DNA from: an uncultured archaeon
GTDB lineage: Archaea; Asgardarchaeota; Lokiarchaeia; Sigyniarchaeales; SOKP01
Reading direction: 5' to 3'
Assembly: GCA_964486045.1 (NCBI GenBank)
Contig: CAZALK010000003.1
Coordinates: forward strand, 32,001 to 96,000
Length of the DNA: 64,000 nucleotides
Part shown: positions 40,011 through 50,955 of the stretch, in pieces
How the letters are laid out: every line of letters begins with the position of its first letter
How positions within the stretch are numbered: the first letter of the stretch is position 1
Program-made: the position numbers and the translations under genes
Notes under the pieces: model-generated
Database searches by the model: none
Seen by the model: only the letters and a program-made list of their open reading frames with translations
What the model was told of the DNA's origin: nothing

Positions 40011-40540
40011 AAACTTTTTTTTTTACTTTCGTTACAACATTTCATTGATTAACTCTGATCTTTTCATCCGCTTCTGTTATCAACTCCATCAAGTTTAACT
40101 TAAAGCATAAATCTGCTTATAAAGAATTATTAGAGCTATTAAGGATTCATTTAATAATTGGAAACTCTTTCATTAAAAATTTTTTTGAATTATTTTAATA
40201 TTTCATAATCTCGTATAAAATTAATCTAATCTTTAATATCTAGCAAAATGTAGAATTATATCTTTATTATGATAAATAAATTTAATTGAATAAAGAATTA
40301 ATGTTTTAGAACGGTTAGATTAAAAAAAAATAGAAAATGGATCATAAATTTTAAGAAAAAACTCCTTGAAAAAAGTTACTAGATCCTCGAAAAGTAACAT
40401 CTTTTTTCTGCTTAATTTTTACTATAGGAATTATAACCAGATTAATTAAACCTCCCTCATGAGAGGCATTTCGAGCATTTACAAGTGAAGATTTAGACTG
40501 GTCTTCTAACTCCCTAAAAGCAGGTGCACAGAAAGGTTAT

Positions 40541-43500
40541 ATGAAAAAGATTGCCGAAGCATTCTATAGGGAACAAATCTTAAGCGTTTTTGAAGAAGCA
40601 AAGGGGAATCATCAAGAATTGCAAAAGGTTAGGGAAAATATTGTTAAAGCCGTTCAATGGAATTTACTTAAGAAATTATCATTAAGTAGAACTTCTATAA
40701 AATTAGGTAGTCCTATAATTCATACTCTTGGGAATTCAGTCGATGAGCAAAACTCCATATTTAATGGTTTATTTGATAATCTAAAACAGCTTGTAGGTAA
40801 TAAGAAGATATTTGCCGAAGATCAAGACCAAATTGATGGAGGAGCGTTATTTTCGATTTCAGTACTTCAGTGTCTTTTGGATGCTATAGCTTCGTTTGCA
40901 ATTAAGTCTGATGGTATTGTTAATAAGCTTTTCCGTTTCAATACAGCCCTACAGTCTATTCAGGGTACTGAGTTTGAGAACGTTCTAACTCTTGAGATAT
41001 TACCAAGAACAATTCTCTCATATTATGATGCAAAATATGATAAAATGATTGATAAAAACGGGAAAGAAGTTGATCACCGCGAATTGTGGAAAATTCATAC
41101 TCAGACTTCAAGGGAATTAAAAAGTAAACTTTTTGGACCGGCAAGCTATTTTTCCAAAAATGATTATGGTTTATTCGATGTTTTTGGTAGGCAGTATCTA
41201 ATTCGGGGTGACCAATTAATAATTGTTGGAAATATTGCCAAACATTCTAAAGAAGATAGAAGTTTTACATTTGAGCAATCTATGATAGGTTTAGATGCAT
41301 TCAGAAATGTCTATGACACATTATTGGAGGTAGCAGACGATCCTAACAAGTTTAACCCTGATAAGACCACAATTAGAATTAATTTTAACAGTCCTATGTT
41401 TAATCGCGAACTAAATAATATTGAAGCTTTTATCGATGTTGTTTTAACTGACTTGATGAAAAGAGGTAGTATTGGTCAACAAACTGTAGGGGTATCTGGT
41501 CAATATGATACAAAATGGGCCAAATTGTCAAAATCTGATGTAATTAAGTATTATACAATTAACGCATTAAATGAATTGTTACAGAATGTAGAAGGCTACA
41601 TTGGTACTACTCCTGTAGAGAGTAATCTTCTTAAACATTCATTTAGAAAGATGCTTCTGAAAGTGGATTCTAATTTCATAGAGACCTTAAAAAACGATTT
41701 ATTTAAAAAATACAGAATAAATAAAGGAGATATTATAGATTTAGATAATTTTATTCGCAATAAAGTTGCTGGGAATGTTGAACATTACTATGGTGCTTAT
41801 TTAGGGAATGATGGAAGTGTTAAATACGGTTTAGTACTTGGTGCAGTTATAGAGACATATTTACCTGGAGCTTCTAATGAACAAGTTTCAATTTATAATA
41901 TAAAAGATTCCCGATTTGATTCAAGTAATTTGGAATCTAATAAAGATTATGATAAAGAGACAGGAAATTTGTTGGGTCCATACACATTTGCTTTCAAAAT
42001 CAAGGATAACAAGATTACTTATCGGTTATATAAAGTAAGATCAAATCTTAAGTTAGAAGGCGGTTGGCAGATTGGGATCCCAGATTTAGAGACAGGAGAG
42101 ATTATTAGTGTTATAATTACTGATGGAAATGGACGCAAGCTATATGGCAGAATAAAATACGAAGGCTATAGTATAACAGAGAGAGTCGGTGGGGTTCATT
42201 GGTGGCGTTCAAGTAGTATGAAGTCTATAAAAGAGAATAATTATATTAGGAATCTTAAAGGAACAGGCGTAGGAGATTATAGTGGTATACGAGTCATAAA
42301 CGCCATGTTCACTAGATATGGGGATATGAACCAAATAATGTGGGTGACTACAGATTTGATAAACCCATACCTAGATTTTGACTTTTCGCACGATTTTTAC
42401 ACTATACTCTACAAGAATTTTCCTATACCTTCCAGACGACCGAAATCTGGAATTATTAATATGCTTCCATTCTTACGGCAATTTCCGATCACTGCGGATA
42501 TTTTAGCGAAAGAATCGAGTATGCGAGATTTAGTACTAACGCATATTTTCGATATAGCCCAAAAAATTATTGATCATAGTGGACTCTCAGAATATTTACC
42601 AGTATATGATAATATACTCAAAGTCTTAAACGCGTATGAAGACAAATCTGGTGTTATACATTTGGGACCAGGTTATAAAGAATTGAGCCATTTATTTAAA
42701 ACAGTTATTGGTAGTAGTGCTTATAGCTTCAGTTTCAATAATTTTAGGGATGACATCGAAGATATTAATCACTTGACTTACAATAAAGACCAATCCTTCA
42801 AGGATTGGTTAAAAATAGCTTTGGATCTTTATCAAAACTATCAATTACCCTCTAGGGGGAATTCTGATCCCGTCCTAAAGGCATTAGATGAAAAAATTAG
42901 GGCAGAAATTTTCGATTCAATAGGCAATAATAAATTCGTTAAAGGAGGTGTGCCAAGAACATTCTCTGATGGAGATGATTTCTTACAAGGATACGACGGG
43001 CATGAAGATAAAGTGTTAATAGAAGAGATCATTTCTACAACTACCAATCTTTATGGAGGCTTTACTTTATCAAAACTTCTTACAGGTTCAATCTTCGTTC
43101 AGAATGGAAGAGTACAATTTGCATTACTAACTTGGGATTCTTTATTTAAAGCACATAAAAACGCAGGATTAGTTAATGAGCATCTTAATGTTAAATTCCC
43201 CAGTTCCACTTCTTATACCACTGCTCAAAGTCAGGTTGTTGATGAAATGATACTTCGACCTAGTATTGAAGTTACTATTAAATACGGTGTAAACGAGGAA
43301 GTAGAATTTATTCAAATCCCTCATATTCCTACTGATTACTGGGATCCAAACATCAAAAGTCAAAATGAAGTTAGTATCGAAAGTTTAGATTTAACCAAAT
43401 ACTCTAATGGGTTATCTAATCTATTATTAAAATATTGGGGAAAGAAGCAGCGTTCTCAAATTGTTTATAGAACTCAGAGGGCTTATGGAAACCGATTAGT

Positions 43501-44512
43501 TTATAATGTCTTATTTGAAAAATACAAAGAACAAATTGAAAATAATATCGCTGATGATGAGACACAATTTATTTATCTAAATGTAATAGGTCAGTTATTA
43601 TATCAATATATTTATTACGGACATGGTCCAGCTTTAACGAATTATAGAAAAATGTTCCAAAAGTTTTTGGTAGATGGGGGAAAGGAAACACTTGAATTAT
43701 TAGGATTAATACCTTTGCCGACGATTAATGGAATCAATTTTAAAGAAATTATATTAAGCGACCTTGATTTACGTAAATGGTATGATGATGGTATAGTTGA
43801 TATAATGCATAATTCTTTAACACCTATTGGAGTTGTGAGTGTTAAAGAATACAGTGCGAAGGAAATAATTAGAAATCTAAATGAGCCAATTTCGAGTTTT
43901 GGAAACTCTTTAAAAAATTTAGCTCTTAGATTTGGAAAACCATCTAAAGGTTCTAAGAAAATATATATCATCCCCCAAGGCATCACTTCTGGTGGATTGG
44001 GACAGTATTATGAAATCCCCAATCAGTTCATAGCAGCAGCAAATAAAATAGTTAAATTGAATAATAAGGATTTCTATTCTTGGGAAATTGATGGGACAAA
44101 TAACGGTGATAACTTAGTTGGCTTTAATAAGCATTATAAAGATGTTGTAAGAGCCTTTCTTGAAGGGTATAAAACATTATTTATTTTTGCTGCTATCGAA
44201 TCTGGTGGTGAGGTCACTCAAATTGAGGGTATAGGCTCTCTCAATATATTATCTGGTGCTCTATTACCTTCTGAATATGCCGATGATTATACAAATCAAT
44301 TAATAGATGGTTATTTCAATTCAGATAATCATTATCATTCATTGGAAGGCATAACATTCTACGATAGTGAGTTTTATAGCAAAGAAAATAAGTATAATAT
44401 CATAAATATCATGAATTCATTTAGAGCATATAATTCGTATACCGTTCCCTTTTCTAAATTTAATAAATATCAAGAAGCTTGGAACTTAATCAATTCCATG
44501 TTTTCTTTTTAA
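40541..44512 (+). CDS. Large unknown protein, probably the 3' part of a giant gene (frame open from 40463)
   Basis: Frame continues 26 codons upstream of the ATG to a TGA at 40460; no signal peptide or recognisable domain. Confidence 0.65.
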   Translation: MKKIAEAFYREQILSVFEEAKGNHQELQKVRENIVKAVQWNLLKKLSLSRTSIKLGSPIIHTLGNSVDEQNSIFNGLFDNLKQLVGNKKIFAEDQDQIDGGALFSISVLQCLLDAIASFAIKSDGIVNKLFRFNTALQSIQGTEFENVLTLEILPRTILSYYDAKYDKMIDKNGKEVDHRELWKIHTQTSRELKSKLFGPASYFSKNDYGLFDVFGRQYLIRGDQLIIVGNIAKHSKEDRSFTFEQSMIGLDAFRNVYDTLLEVADDPNKFNPDKTTIRINFNSPMFNRELNNIEAFIDVVLTDLMKRGSIGQQTVGVSGQYDTKWAKLSKSDVIKYYTINALNELLQNVEGYIGTTPVESNLLKHSFRKMLLKVDSNFIETLKNDLFKKYRINKGDIIDLDNFIRNKVAGNVEHYYGAYLGNDGSVKYGLVLGAVIETYLPGASNEQVSIYNIKDSRFDSSNLESNKDYDKETGNLLGPYTFAFKIKDNKITYRLYKVRSNLKLEGGWQIGIPDLETGEIISVIITDGNGRKLYGRIKYEGYSITERVGGVHWWRSSSMKSIKENNYIRNLKGTGVGDYSGIRVINAMFTRYGDMNQIMWVTTDLINPYLDFDFSHDFYTILYKNFPIPSRRPKSGIINMLPFLRQFPITADILAKESSMRDLVLTHIFDIAQKIIDHSGLSEYLPVYDNILKVLNAYEDKSGVIHLGPGYKELSHLFKTVIGSSAYSFSFNNFRDDIEDINHLTYNKDQSFKDWLKIALDLYQNYQLPSRGNSDPVLKALDEKIRAEIFDSIGNNKFVKGGVPRTFSDGDDFLQGYDGHEDKVLIEEIISTTTNLYGGFTLSKLLTGSIFVQNGRVQFALLTWDSLFKAHKNAGLVNEHLNVKFPSSTSYTTAQSQVVDEMILRPSIEVTIKYGVNEEVEFIQIPHIPTDYWDPNIKSQNEVSIESLDLTKYSNGLSNLLLKYWGKKQRSQIVYRTQRAYGNRLVYNVLFEKYKEQIENNIADDETQFIYLNVIGQLLYQYIYYGHGPALTNYRKMFQKFLVDGGKETLELLGLIPLPTINGINFKEIILSDLDLRKWYDDGIVDIMHNSLTPIGVVSVKEYSAKEIIRNLNEPISSFGNSLKNLALRFGKPSKGSKKIYIIPQGITSGGLGQYYEIPNQFIAAANKIVKLNNKDFYSWEIDGTNNGDNLVGFNKHYKDVVRAFLEGYKTLFIFAAIESGGEVTQIEGIGSLNILSGALLPSEYADDYTNQLIDGYFNSDNHYHSLEGITFYDSEFYSKENKYNIINIMNSFRAYNSYTVPFSKFNKYQEAWNLINSMFSF

Positions 44513-44653
44513 TTTTTTTTGTTTTTTATTGTAATTTGATGACAATTTTTCTTAGATAAAAAAGTTTATTTGTTTAAATTTTAACGAGTGTATACATTTA
44601 AATTAATAAATCATCATTTATTTCATTAGACGTGTTTAAAAGTCGAAAGCATT

Positions 44654-45733
44654 ATGAAAGAGTTTAAAATAAATGAATTTTTATCATTGAGATTAGAGGA
44701 TAATAAGGCCAATATTTATGTTGACAATGAATTATTTAGGCAATGTAAGTTCTTATTGATTAATATTCCGATTAAGGATGTAGATACATTTGATGAAATT
44801 GGGTCTATTGATGAAATTGAGATGAGATCTGATCGTTCATTAGAATTCAGGGAGCCTGCTAAGATAAATATTCCTCTTGAGACTGAGTTTTGGGCTCATT
44901 GCTCAAATTTACAAGTTTGGTATGAGAATAATTATGACACATGCCTTTTACATAGTAATTTAGCCTTTCCACTCCTAAAAAGATTAGAAAAAGTTGGGGA
45001 TCCGCTTGCAAAAAGAAGATTTAAGGAAGAGATAGCCAAAAGATTTGAGGGAGGGTATTTTCCTACGATCTATTTTCTATTAGAGGAAGGGTATGACGAA
45101 TATCTTTCGAGGGAAGAATTATTTTTAAGTTTATTAGGACAAGATGAAGAAGCAGAAGAAAAGACAAGAATTATTCTAGAACTGGAAAGATTGATAAACG
45201 ATAAGTTTCATATCGAGGATTTTCTTAATGGCGAATTTAATGGGATTAAAATAGTGAATCATAGAGTCATAGGATTATCAATTGCGCATACAAATATAGA
45301 AATGCTTCCAGAATCTATAGGCAATTTCAAGTATCTAAAAAAGATCTTTATAGATTATACTAAACTAAAAAAGCTTCCAGGGGCATTTAAAAATCTTAAA
45401 TCTCTTGAATTTCTCGACATATCTAATAATGAACTAAATGAAATTCCCGAATCTATTTGTGCGTTAAACACGCTTAAAAAACTTATCATGTGTAATAATA
45501 AGATAATAACAATACCAGAATCTATTAAAAATTTGAAGTCTCTTGAACTTTTAAATCTAGGAGGGAACAGAATCAAGGTTCTACCTGACTCTATTATGGA
45601 AATTCAATCACTTAAGGATATCTTTTTAGAAGATAATGAATTAATCTCACTTCCAGAATCTATAAGAACTATGAATTCTTTGAAATCTTTGAATGTAAGA
45701 GGAAATGAACTCTTGAAATTAGATAAGGGCTGA
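44654..45733 (+). CDS. LRR protein with Lokiarchaeia-type N-terminal domain
   Basis: EFKINEFLSLRLE..FRQCKFLL..EFWAHCSNLQVW..LLHSNLAFPLLK..GDPLAK..FKEEI then about six 23-aa LRRs. Confidence 0.85.
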   Translation: MKEFKINEFLSLRLEDNKANIYVDNELFRQCKFLLINIPIKDVDTFDEIGSIDEIEMRSDRSLEFREPAKINIPLETEFWAHCSNLQVWYENNYDTCLLHSNLAFPLLKRLEKVGDPLAKRRFKEEIAKRFEGGYFPTIYFLLEEGYDEYLSREELFLSLLGQDEEAEEKTRIILELERLINDKFHIEDFLNGEFNGIKIVNHRVIGLSIAHTNIEMLPESIGNFKYLKKIFIDYTKLKKLPGAFKNLKSLEFLDISNNELNEIPESICALNTLKKLIMCNNKIITIPESIKNLKSLELLNLGGNRIKVLPDSIMEIQSLKDIFLEDNELISLPESIRTMNSLKSLNVRGNELLKLDKG

Positions 45734-45958
45734 ACTTTTAATATTAGAGTAAATTGCAATTAAATTAGCACGATTATCTCCAAAAGGAAAAAGTTCACAG
45801 TTAATATTTGCATCCTTTAAATATTGTTCAATCTTCAATGCAACATTTTTTTCATTGCCAGGGGGATTGTAAGATTCAGTTTGAATCAGATCTCTAAAAA
45901 ATTCAATATATTCCTCAGTATTATTTTCAATTTCTTGGATTATTAATTCTTCATTCAA
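45719..45958 (-). pseudogene. Truncated 5' copy of the M20 peptidase gene
   Basis: First 68 codons match 33058..34407 (57/68 aa identical by manual count), then diverge at LIA|IYS. Confidence 0.9.
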
Positions 45959-46122
45959 CGCTTTACCTCAAGATTTATTGTTCTTATTTTAATTTTAAAG
46001 AAAATTCGATTGCTATAAATATTTTGTTATATGGCAATCTAACTGATAGATTTAAAAATTTAGGAAATTTTAATACTTTTAAATGATTTTATAATCAAAA
46101 ATTAGGTTTCACGGTTATTTTC

Positions 46123-49100
46123 TTGATTCGACAAAAAAAAGAGATTAAAAGAATAGTCATTGTCGTAATTTTTATTACATTTATTTTAATAACCAATTTC
46201 CACTTTCTTAATCATTCCAATCTAATAGATGAAAATAATGACGAAAATCAAGGATTAGAGATTTTTCCTAAAACTTCTGATCTTAATATAACAGATTTTA
46301 TTCTTGGTAGTGGAGACGACCAAGATGTTAGAATATATGTAAATAACGAATCTAGCAATTTAAACGATAACGAAGATTTTTTCGATATTCCCTCAATTCC
46401 TACAGACGATATGTTTCTCACTTATGGTGATTTTAATTTCACATTTCAAAATAATTACACAACAGATTACATTCTTGAGGATGACACTGCTTTAGATGCA
46501 GCAGATTTCATATCCTTTGATTTTGATGAGGATCCATCCAATTCAGATTATATTCCGGGAGTTGGAACATCAGTTATTGGAGGATCGTTCAGCGATTTAG
46601 TTGACAGTTCAAATTCAACCAACCTGTGGTTACAATCAAATGCCACAAATAATATATTAAATTTTACAATAAAAGCAAATTATACAGATGAAACTTATAC
46701 AAACATAGGGGTGATCAATGGTAATGTAGAGTTCGATAGAACTGATATATTAGCTCTAATTCTCTCATTACTTTTTGACCTTACTCTTGATGCTAATTTG
46801 ACAATAAGAATAAAGGATTATACACAACCAACTTGGGTTAATTTGACTGATCCAATTCTGGTTAATAGTAGTATAGGTATACAGGAGATTAACCGTAAGA
46901 TTATTAATGAAAATTTGAATTTCATTGATTTATCAGATGTTTGTTATTTACAATTCTTTTTTGAGAGAAGTGACCTTGCTTCATTTGATGGCCGATTCTA
47001 CAACTTAGAATTAGAATCAACCTACGCATTTGATCTACCTATAACTAATAATAGCTATGTCGCTTTAGAATTTGACTTAAAGGGGGAAAATTCGACTGTA
47101 AATGGATTTAATGTTTGGATAAGGACCTTAAATTTGACTCAGGCGGCAATAACACAACTAAATATTACACTGTATAGAGCAGATGGTACTTTAGTTCGAT
47201 CAGGTGGGACAGGTGGGAGTTTACGAGGTACTCAGTTAAACCCAGATTACAATGAACCGATAGATCCAATATTATTATTAAATTATACTAAAGACAACAT
47301 TTCCTATTTTGAGTTTAATACTTCTAACACTCAAAATCTAAACCTTTCAAATTACTTTGTTGTGATAAAATCAAATAACTCAAATGAAGTGTACAGTCTA
47401 GTAACTTTGCCCTATATTGATTATACCGCAGATGGGATAACTGAACACCAATTAATAACTACAATCAATGATGGAATTAGTTGGTCATTAGCTAAAAAAC
47501 AAGTAGATACTACCATTTCAACATACCCTTCAGGTCAATTAGATGCTAGTCCTTTTAGGTTGAACGTCACTAGAGGATATATGCCATCAGATTTTATATA
47601 CAATGCTACCAATACACTAAAAATTCAAGATATTCCAATAGAAAATTTAGAAATTAGCTCCTATCCATATAATGAAAGTTCTTATTTAACTTGGGGATTA
47701 GGGAGATGGACTAATACCTTTATTGAACCAATTGAAGATACTCTCGCAAATGAATTTGAAGTTTACTTACAATGGAATAAAACTGTTATTGAGGGTTTTA
47801 AATTCAATGTTACTTATTCTATAAAAGCTTATTGGATTGTAGGCGCTCAAGCATTTTATAATGCAACTTATAATGAAAATCCTGAATGGAATTTAGAGTT
47901 CGATTTTGATAAAAATAATTCAAAATTCAATAATTGGGATTTTTTTGAATTTTGGTTTGTTTATCCTAACTTCATGAATGCTCATAATTTGACAAATCCA
48001 AATGGAGAAGAGTTTCTTTGGTTATTAGAACAAGAATCAATTTTAACAGAGAATCCAACTATGTTTAAACTTGTAATTAATGAATCTTATTCCAGTCTTA
48101 ATGGTTCATACACACTTAATTTAACGAGTTACAATTTCATTCAACAGATTCACAGTTATATTAACTATAATGGAATTTTATCAGAAACAGTTGGTTTCAT
48201 GTATGGAGATAACATATCGATTAGCCTTGATATCCAAGACCAGAATCTTGACGCCCCTATAAGTGGTGATGCAAACGTTACCCTTTTTTACCCAAATGGA
48301 ACTAAATATCCTGGAGCGATATTGTTTGATTCAACAGGAGATGTTGATGGATCAGTATTATCTTACGATTTCAATAACAACACGATTCTAGATTTGACAG
48401 ATGCGGTTACAGTTTTTGGGGAATATAAATTAGGAATCCTTTGGTTAAATGGTTCCGCCTTAGGATGCAAAAAGATAACTTTATATATTGATTCATACGA
48501 TCTCGATTTATATAATTTAACCTATTCTTCGAACCTAGGGACTAATGTTCTTATTGGAGAAATAAATAATAAGGTATTTCAAAATTACACAATGTTAATT
48601 GCATCAATTAACGATACAACAGGTATCCCAAATCCAAATTTTTATGCTATAAATAATTCAAATATCAATCAAGAATATTCTTATAATTTTGAAGGATGGG
48701 ATCTACCCATTTTGCTTGAATCATTTCTGCAAAGTGAAAATATCTTAAACCCGAATGAAATTATCAACTTTAAGACAACAATTCAAAATGCACACGAAAC
48801 GTTCAATTTAACTATTAAAATCCTTACACAAATAGTATCTTATCTCAATGAAGATTGGATTATAGCTGAAAATTCTTCAAACTCAATTACATTAAATTCC
48901 TCCGGTTCCCCAAATGATAGTTATGAATTTGACTTTAATCTTACAATTCCAAATTTAAATATAGCTACACAAACTTGGATGGGTGTAAATGCACCTATCA
49001 GATTAGGGGGTGCAAAAACAATAGTTACTTTATATATCGAGGATAACGTTGCAGGGATATATAAAAGTCCTGAATTCTCACTTTTAAGTAATAAAACAAG

Positions 49101-50256
49101 TGATAATTTTGAGGGTTATATTCTTGGTTTGACAATTTCTGAAAAGATCACAAGTCGAAGCATTTTATATGAATTTGACAGAGACGAATGTATTTACTTT
49201 CCAGATAATTCATCATTTTTAGTTAATATCATTGATGAAAATTATGTTAGCAGTTATAGACAATTCAATGACGAATTTTCTATAAAACTTAATAGTATAT
49301 TTACAAATATCACTATTGAACCAAACTCTCCCATCAAAGGTCAATCAATAAATTTTAGTTCAACTTTAACTACTGAATTTGGAGTAGTGTTATCAAATAA
49401 AAATGTCACTTGTGAGTATTTTGACTCGAGTTCATGGGTAGAAATTGCTACAGGTATAACTGATTCCAACGGTCACGTTACCTTTAATATTGACACTATG
49501 GTTATCGATTTTGAGGATGATTTGCAATTACAATTATCTTGGGATGGGGATATCATAAATGGAGTTTCAAAGAATGCTTTCATAAATATTTTGCATGAAA
49601 CAAACGGCATTTCAATTTTAGTTAGCCAGATTGATGTTTTAATATACAGAAACAGACTAACAACAATAAAATACATTCTAAGTAATATAGGAGACTCTGA
49701 CTTAAGACTTTTTAACATTACAGTGGATATTGAAAATAATTTACAATATACAACCGTAGAAATAAATTATGTTGAATTAAATTGGTTCTCTTCTGGAGAT
49801 AACACAGATATAATAATTGAAATTTCAATATCAGAAGTCAGCCAACTTCAAGTTAATTTTACAATTACAGCCCAAAATGTTATTACAGGAGAAATATTCA
49901 CTTTCTTCAAGGAATCTTCTTATGCCGTTTTTGATCCTCCAATAACAGATTATGTAATTGAGTTTTTCATGTTTACTATAATTGTCATTTTCGGTATTAT
50001 TTGGCTTGCAGCAATAATCTATACTCGTCGAGTAAGGAAAAGAATTGAAGAACCGGTTGAAGTTCCGTTGAGAAAACCGAGAAAGGGCAAATATATAATG
50101 GTATCCGATCTTAAAAAACCAACTCCAGAGAAAAAGGTTCCCAAGAAAAAAGTAGAACAAAAAGAAGTCAAACCAAAAAAGACGACAGACTTAGATTCCT
50201 TGTTAGAAGAAAGAGGCTTAGCTGAAAAACAAAAAAAGAAAAATTCTAAAAAGTAA
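46123..50256 (+). CDS. Large type-I membrane surface glycoprotein (1377 aa)
   Basis: N-terminal hydrophobic signal, many N-x-S/T sequons, beta-rich body, C-terminal TM, Lys-rich tail ending DLDSLLEERGL. Confidence 0.75.
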   Translation: MIRQKKEIKRIVIVVIFITFILITNFHFLNHSNLIDENNDENQGLEIFPKTSDLNITDFILGSGDDQDVRIYVNNESSNLNDNEDFFDIPSIPTDDMFLTYGDFNFTFQNNYTTDYILEDDTALDAADFISFDFDEDPSNSDYIPGVGTSVIGGSFSDLVDSSNSTNLWLQSNATNNILNFTIKANYTDETYTNIGVINGNVEFDRTDILALILSLLFDLTLDANLTIRIKDYTQPTWVNLTDPILVNSSIGIQEINRKIINENLNFIDLSDVCYLQFFFERSDLASFDGRFYNLELESTYAFDLPITNNSYVALEFDLKGENSTVNGFNVWIRTLNLTQAAITQLNITLYRADGTLVRSGGTGGSLRGTQLNPDYNEPIDPILLLNYTKDNISYFEFNTSNTQNLNLSNYFVVIKSNNSNEVYSLVTLPYIDYTADGITEHQLITTINDGISWSLAKKQVDTTISTYPSGQLDASPFRLNVTRGYMPSDFIYNATNTLKIQDIPIENLEISSYPYNESSYLTWGLGRWTNTFIEPIEDTLANEFEVYLQWNKTVIEGFKFNVTYSIKAYWIVGAQAFYNATYNENPEWNLEFDFDKNNSKFNNWDFFEFWFVYPNFMNAHNLTNPNGEEFLWLLEQESILTENPTMFKLVINESYSSLNGSYTLNLTSYNFIQQIHSYINYNGILSETVGFMYGDNISISLDIQDQNLDAPISGDANVTLFYPNGTKYPGAILFDSTGDVDGSVLSYDFNNNTILDLTDAVTVFGEYKLGILWLNGSALGCKKITLYIDSYDLDLYNLTYSSNLGTNVLIGEINNKVFQNYTMLIASINDTTGIPNPNFYAINNSNINQEYSYNFEGWDLPILLESFLQSENILNPNEIINFKTTIQNAHETFNLTIKILTQIVSYLNEDWIIAENSSNSITLNSSGSPNDSYEFDFNLTIPNLNIATQTWMGVNAPIRLGGAKTIVTLYIEDNVAGIYKSPEFSLLSNKTSDNFEGYILGLTISEKITSRSILYEFDRDECIYFPDNSSFLVNIIDENYVSSYRQFNDEFSIKLNSIFTNITIEPNSPIKGQSINFSSTLTTEFGVVLSNKNVTCEYFDSSSWVEIATGITDSNGHVTFNIDTMVIDFEDDLQLQLSWDGDIINGVSKNAFINILHETNGISILVSQIDVLIYRNRLTTIKYILSNIGDSDLRLFNITVDIENNLQYTTVEINYVELNWFSSGDNTDIIIEISISEVSQLQVNFTITAQNVITGEIFTFFKESSYAVFDPPITDYVIEFFMFTIIVIFGIIWLAAIIYTRRVRKRIEEPVEVPLRKPRKGKYIMVSDLKKPTPEKKVPKKKVEQKEVKPKKTTDLDSLLEERGLAEKQKKKNSKK

Positions 50257-50305
50257 ACTTACTAACAATCCTTTTACTTATTTTTAAAAAAAAGGATTTA
50301 TAAAA

Positions 50306-50674
50306 TTATAAATTTGATATTGAAATTAAGTTTCTCTTTAATAATGCAAGAGAACTTCTTCCGTCCGAACCAGCCAAAGCTATTAATGTATTCTTTTCGG
50401 AACCAACCAAAACAGCAAATCCATTTTCAAGTTCAATCGTGGTTGTTTTTAAACCGCCTTTACCCGTATCTTTACCAAGTGCATTTGAATCCTTGATTAT
50501 GGCAACACAGGCCTTTGCAATTTTACTATGATCCATATCTGTAATAGTTTGACCAATTAAAACCTTCCCTTCCGAATCAGTTGCTATTAAACCTTCACAT
50601 TCAGGAACTATATCCATTAATTCTGCTAACTTCTTCTCAAGAACTTTTTTATCTACCATAATAGAGTATCCCAT
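50306..50674 (-). CDS. Roadblock/LC7 (MglB/LAMTOR2-like) protein
   Basis: L..L...VPECEGLIATDSEGKVL, GKGGLKTTTIELENG, LIAL..SLALL. Confidence 0.85.
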   Translation of the reverse strand: MGYSIMVDKKVLEKKLAELMDIVPECEGLIATDSEGKVLIGQTITDMDHSKIAKACVAIIKDSNALGKDTGKGGLKTTTIELENGFAVLVGSEKNTLIALAGSDGRSSLALLKRNLISISNL

Positions 50675-50955
50675 AAAATAATTTCAATAGTTTGGAATTC
50701 TGAAATTGGTTAAGAAATTATCTTAAATAAGTATTAGTTAAAATATATCGTTTAAGCAATTTAAATTTATCAAATAATATAAAAAAAGAGTAAGTGAAAA
50801 AAGTAAAAACCATCATAGTAAAATATTTTAGCCTAAGGGAACTTTTTTAATTGTAGTTTGATTGTAAATTTATTTAGTAATATAAATTTTTAAAAACCCT
50901 TAATCTATTATTATAATATAAAAAATTTAGAGTTTTCTTAAAGGTGTAATTTATC

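Larger units (their letters stand above)
34202..45959. mobile_element. Variable island bracketed by direct repeats of the M20 gene 5' end (34202-34405 and 45756-45959); no integrase seen
   Basis: 204-bp direct repeat with 32 mismatches by manual count (~84% identity); mixed cargo and gene scraps lie between the copies. Confidence 0.65.

Noticed and set aside
34407-45756. Provirus or transposon
   Set aside because: No integrase, transposase, capsid, terminase or replication gene recognised, and no terminal inverted repeats.
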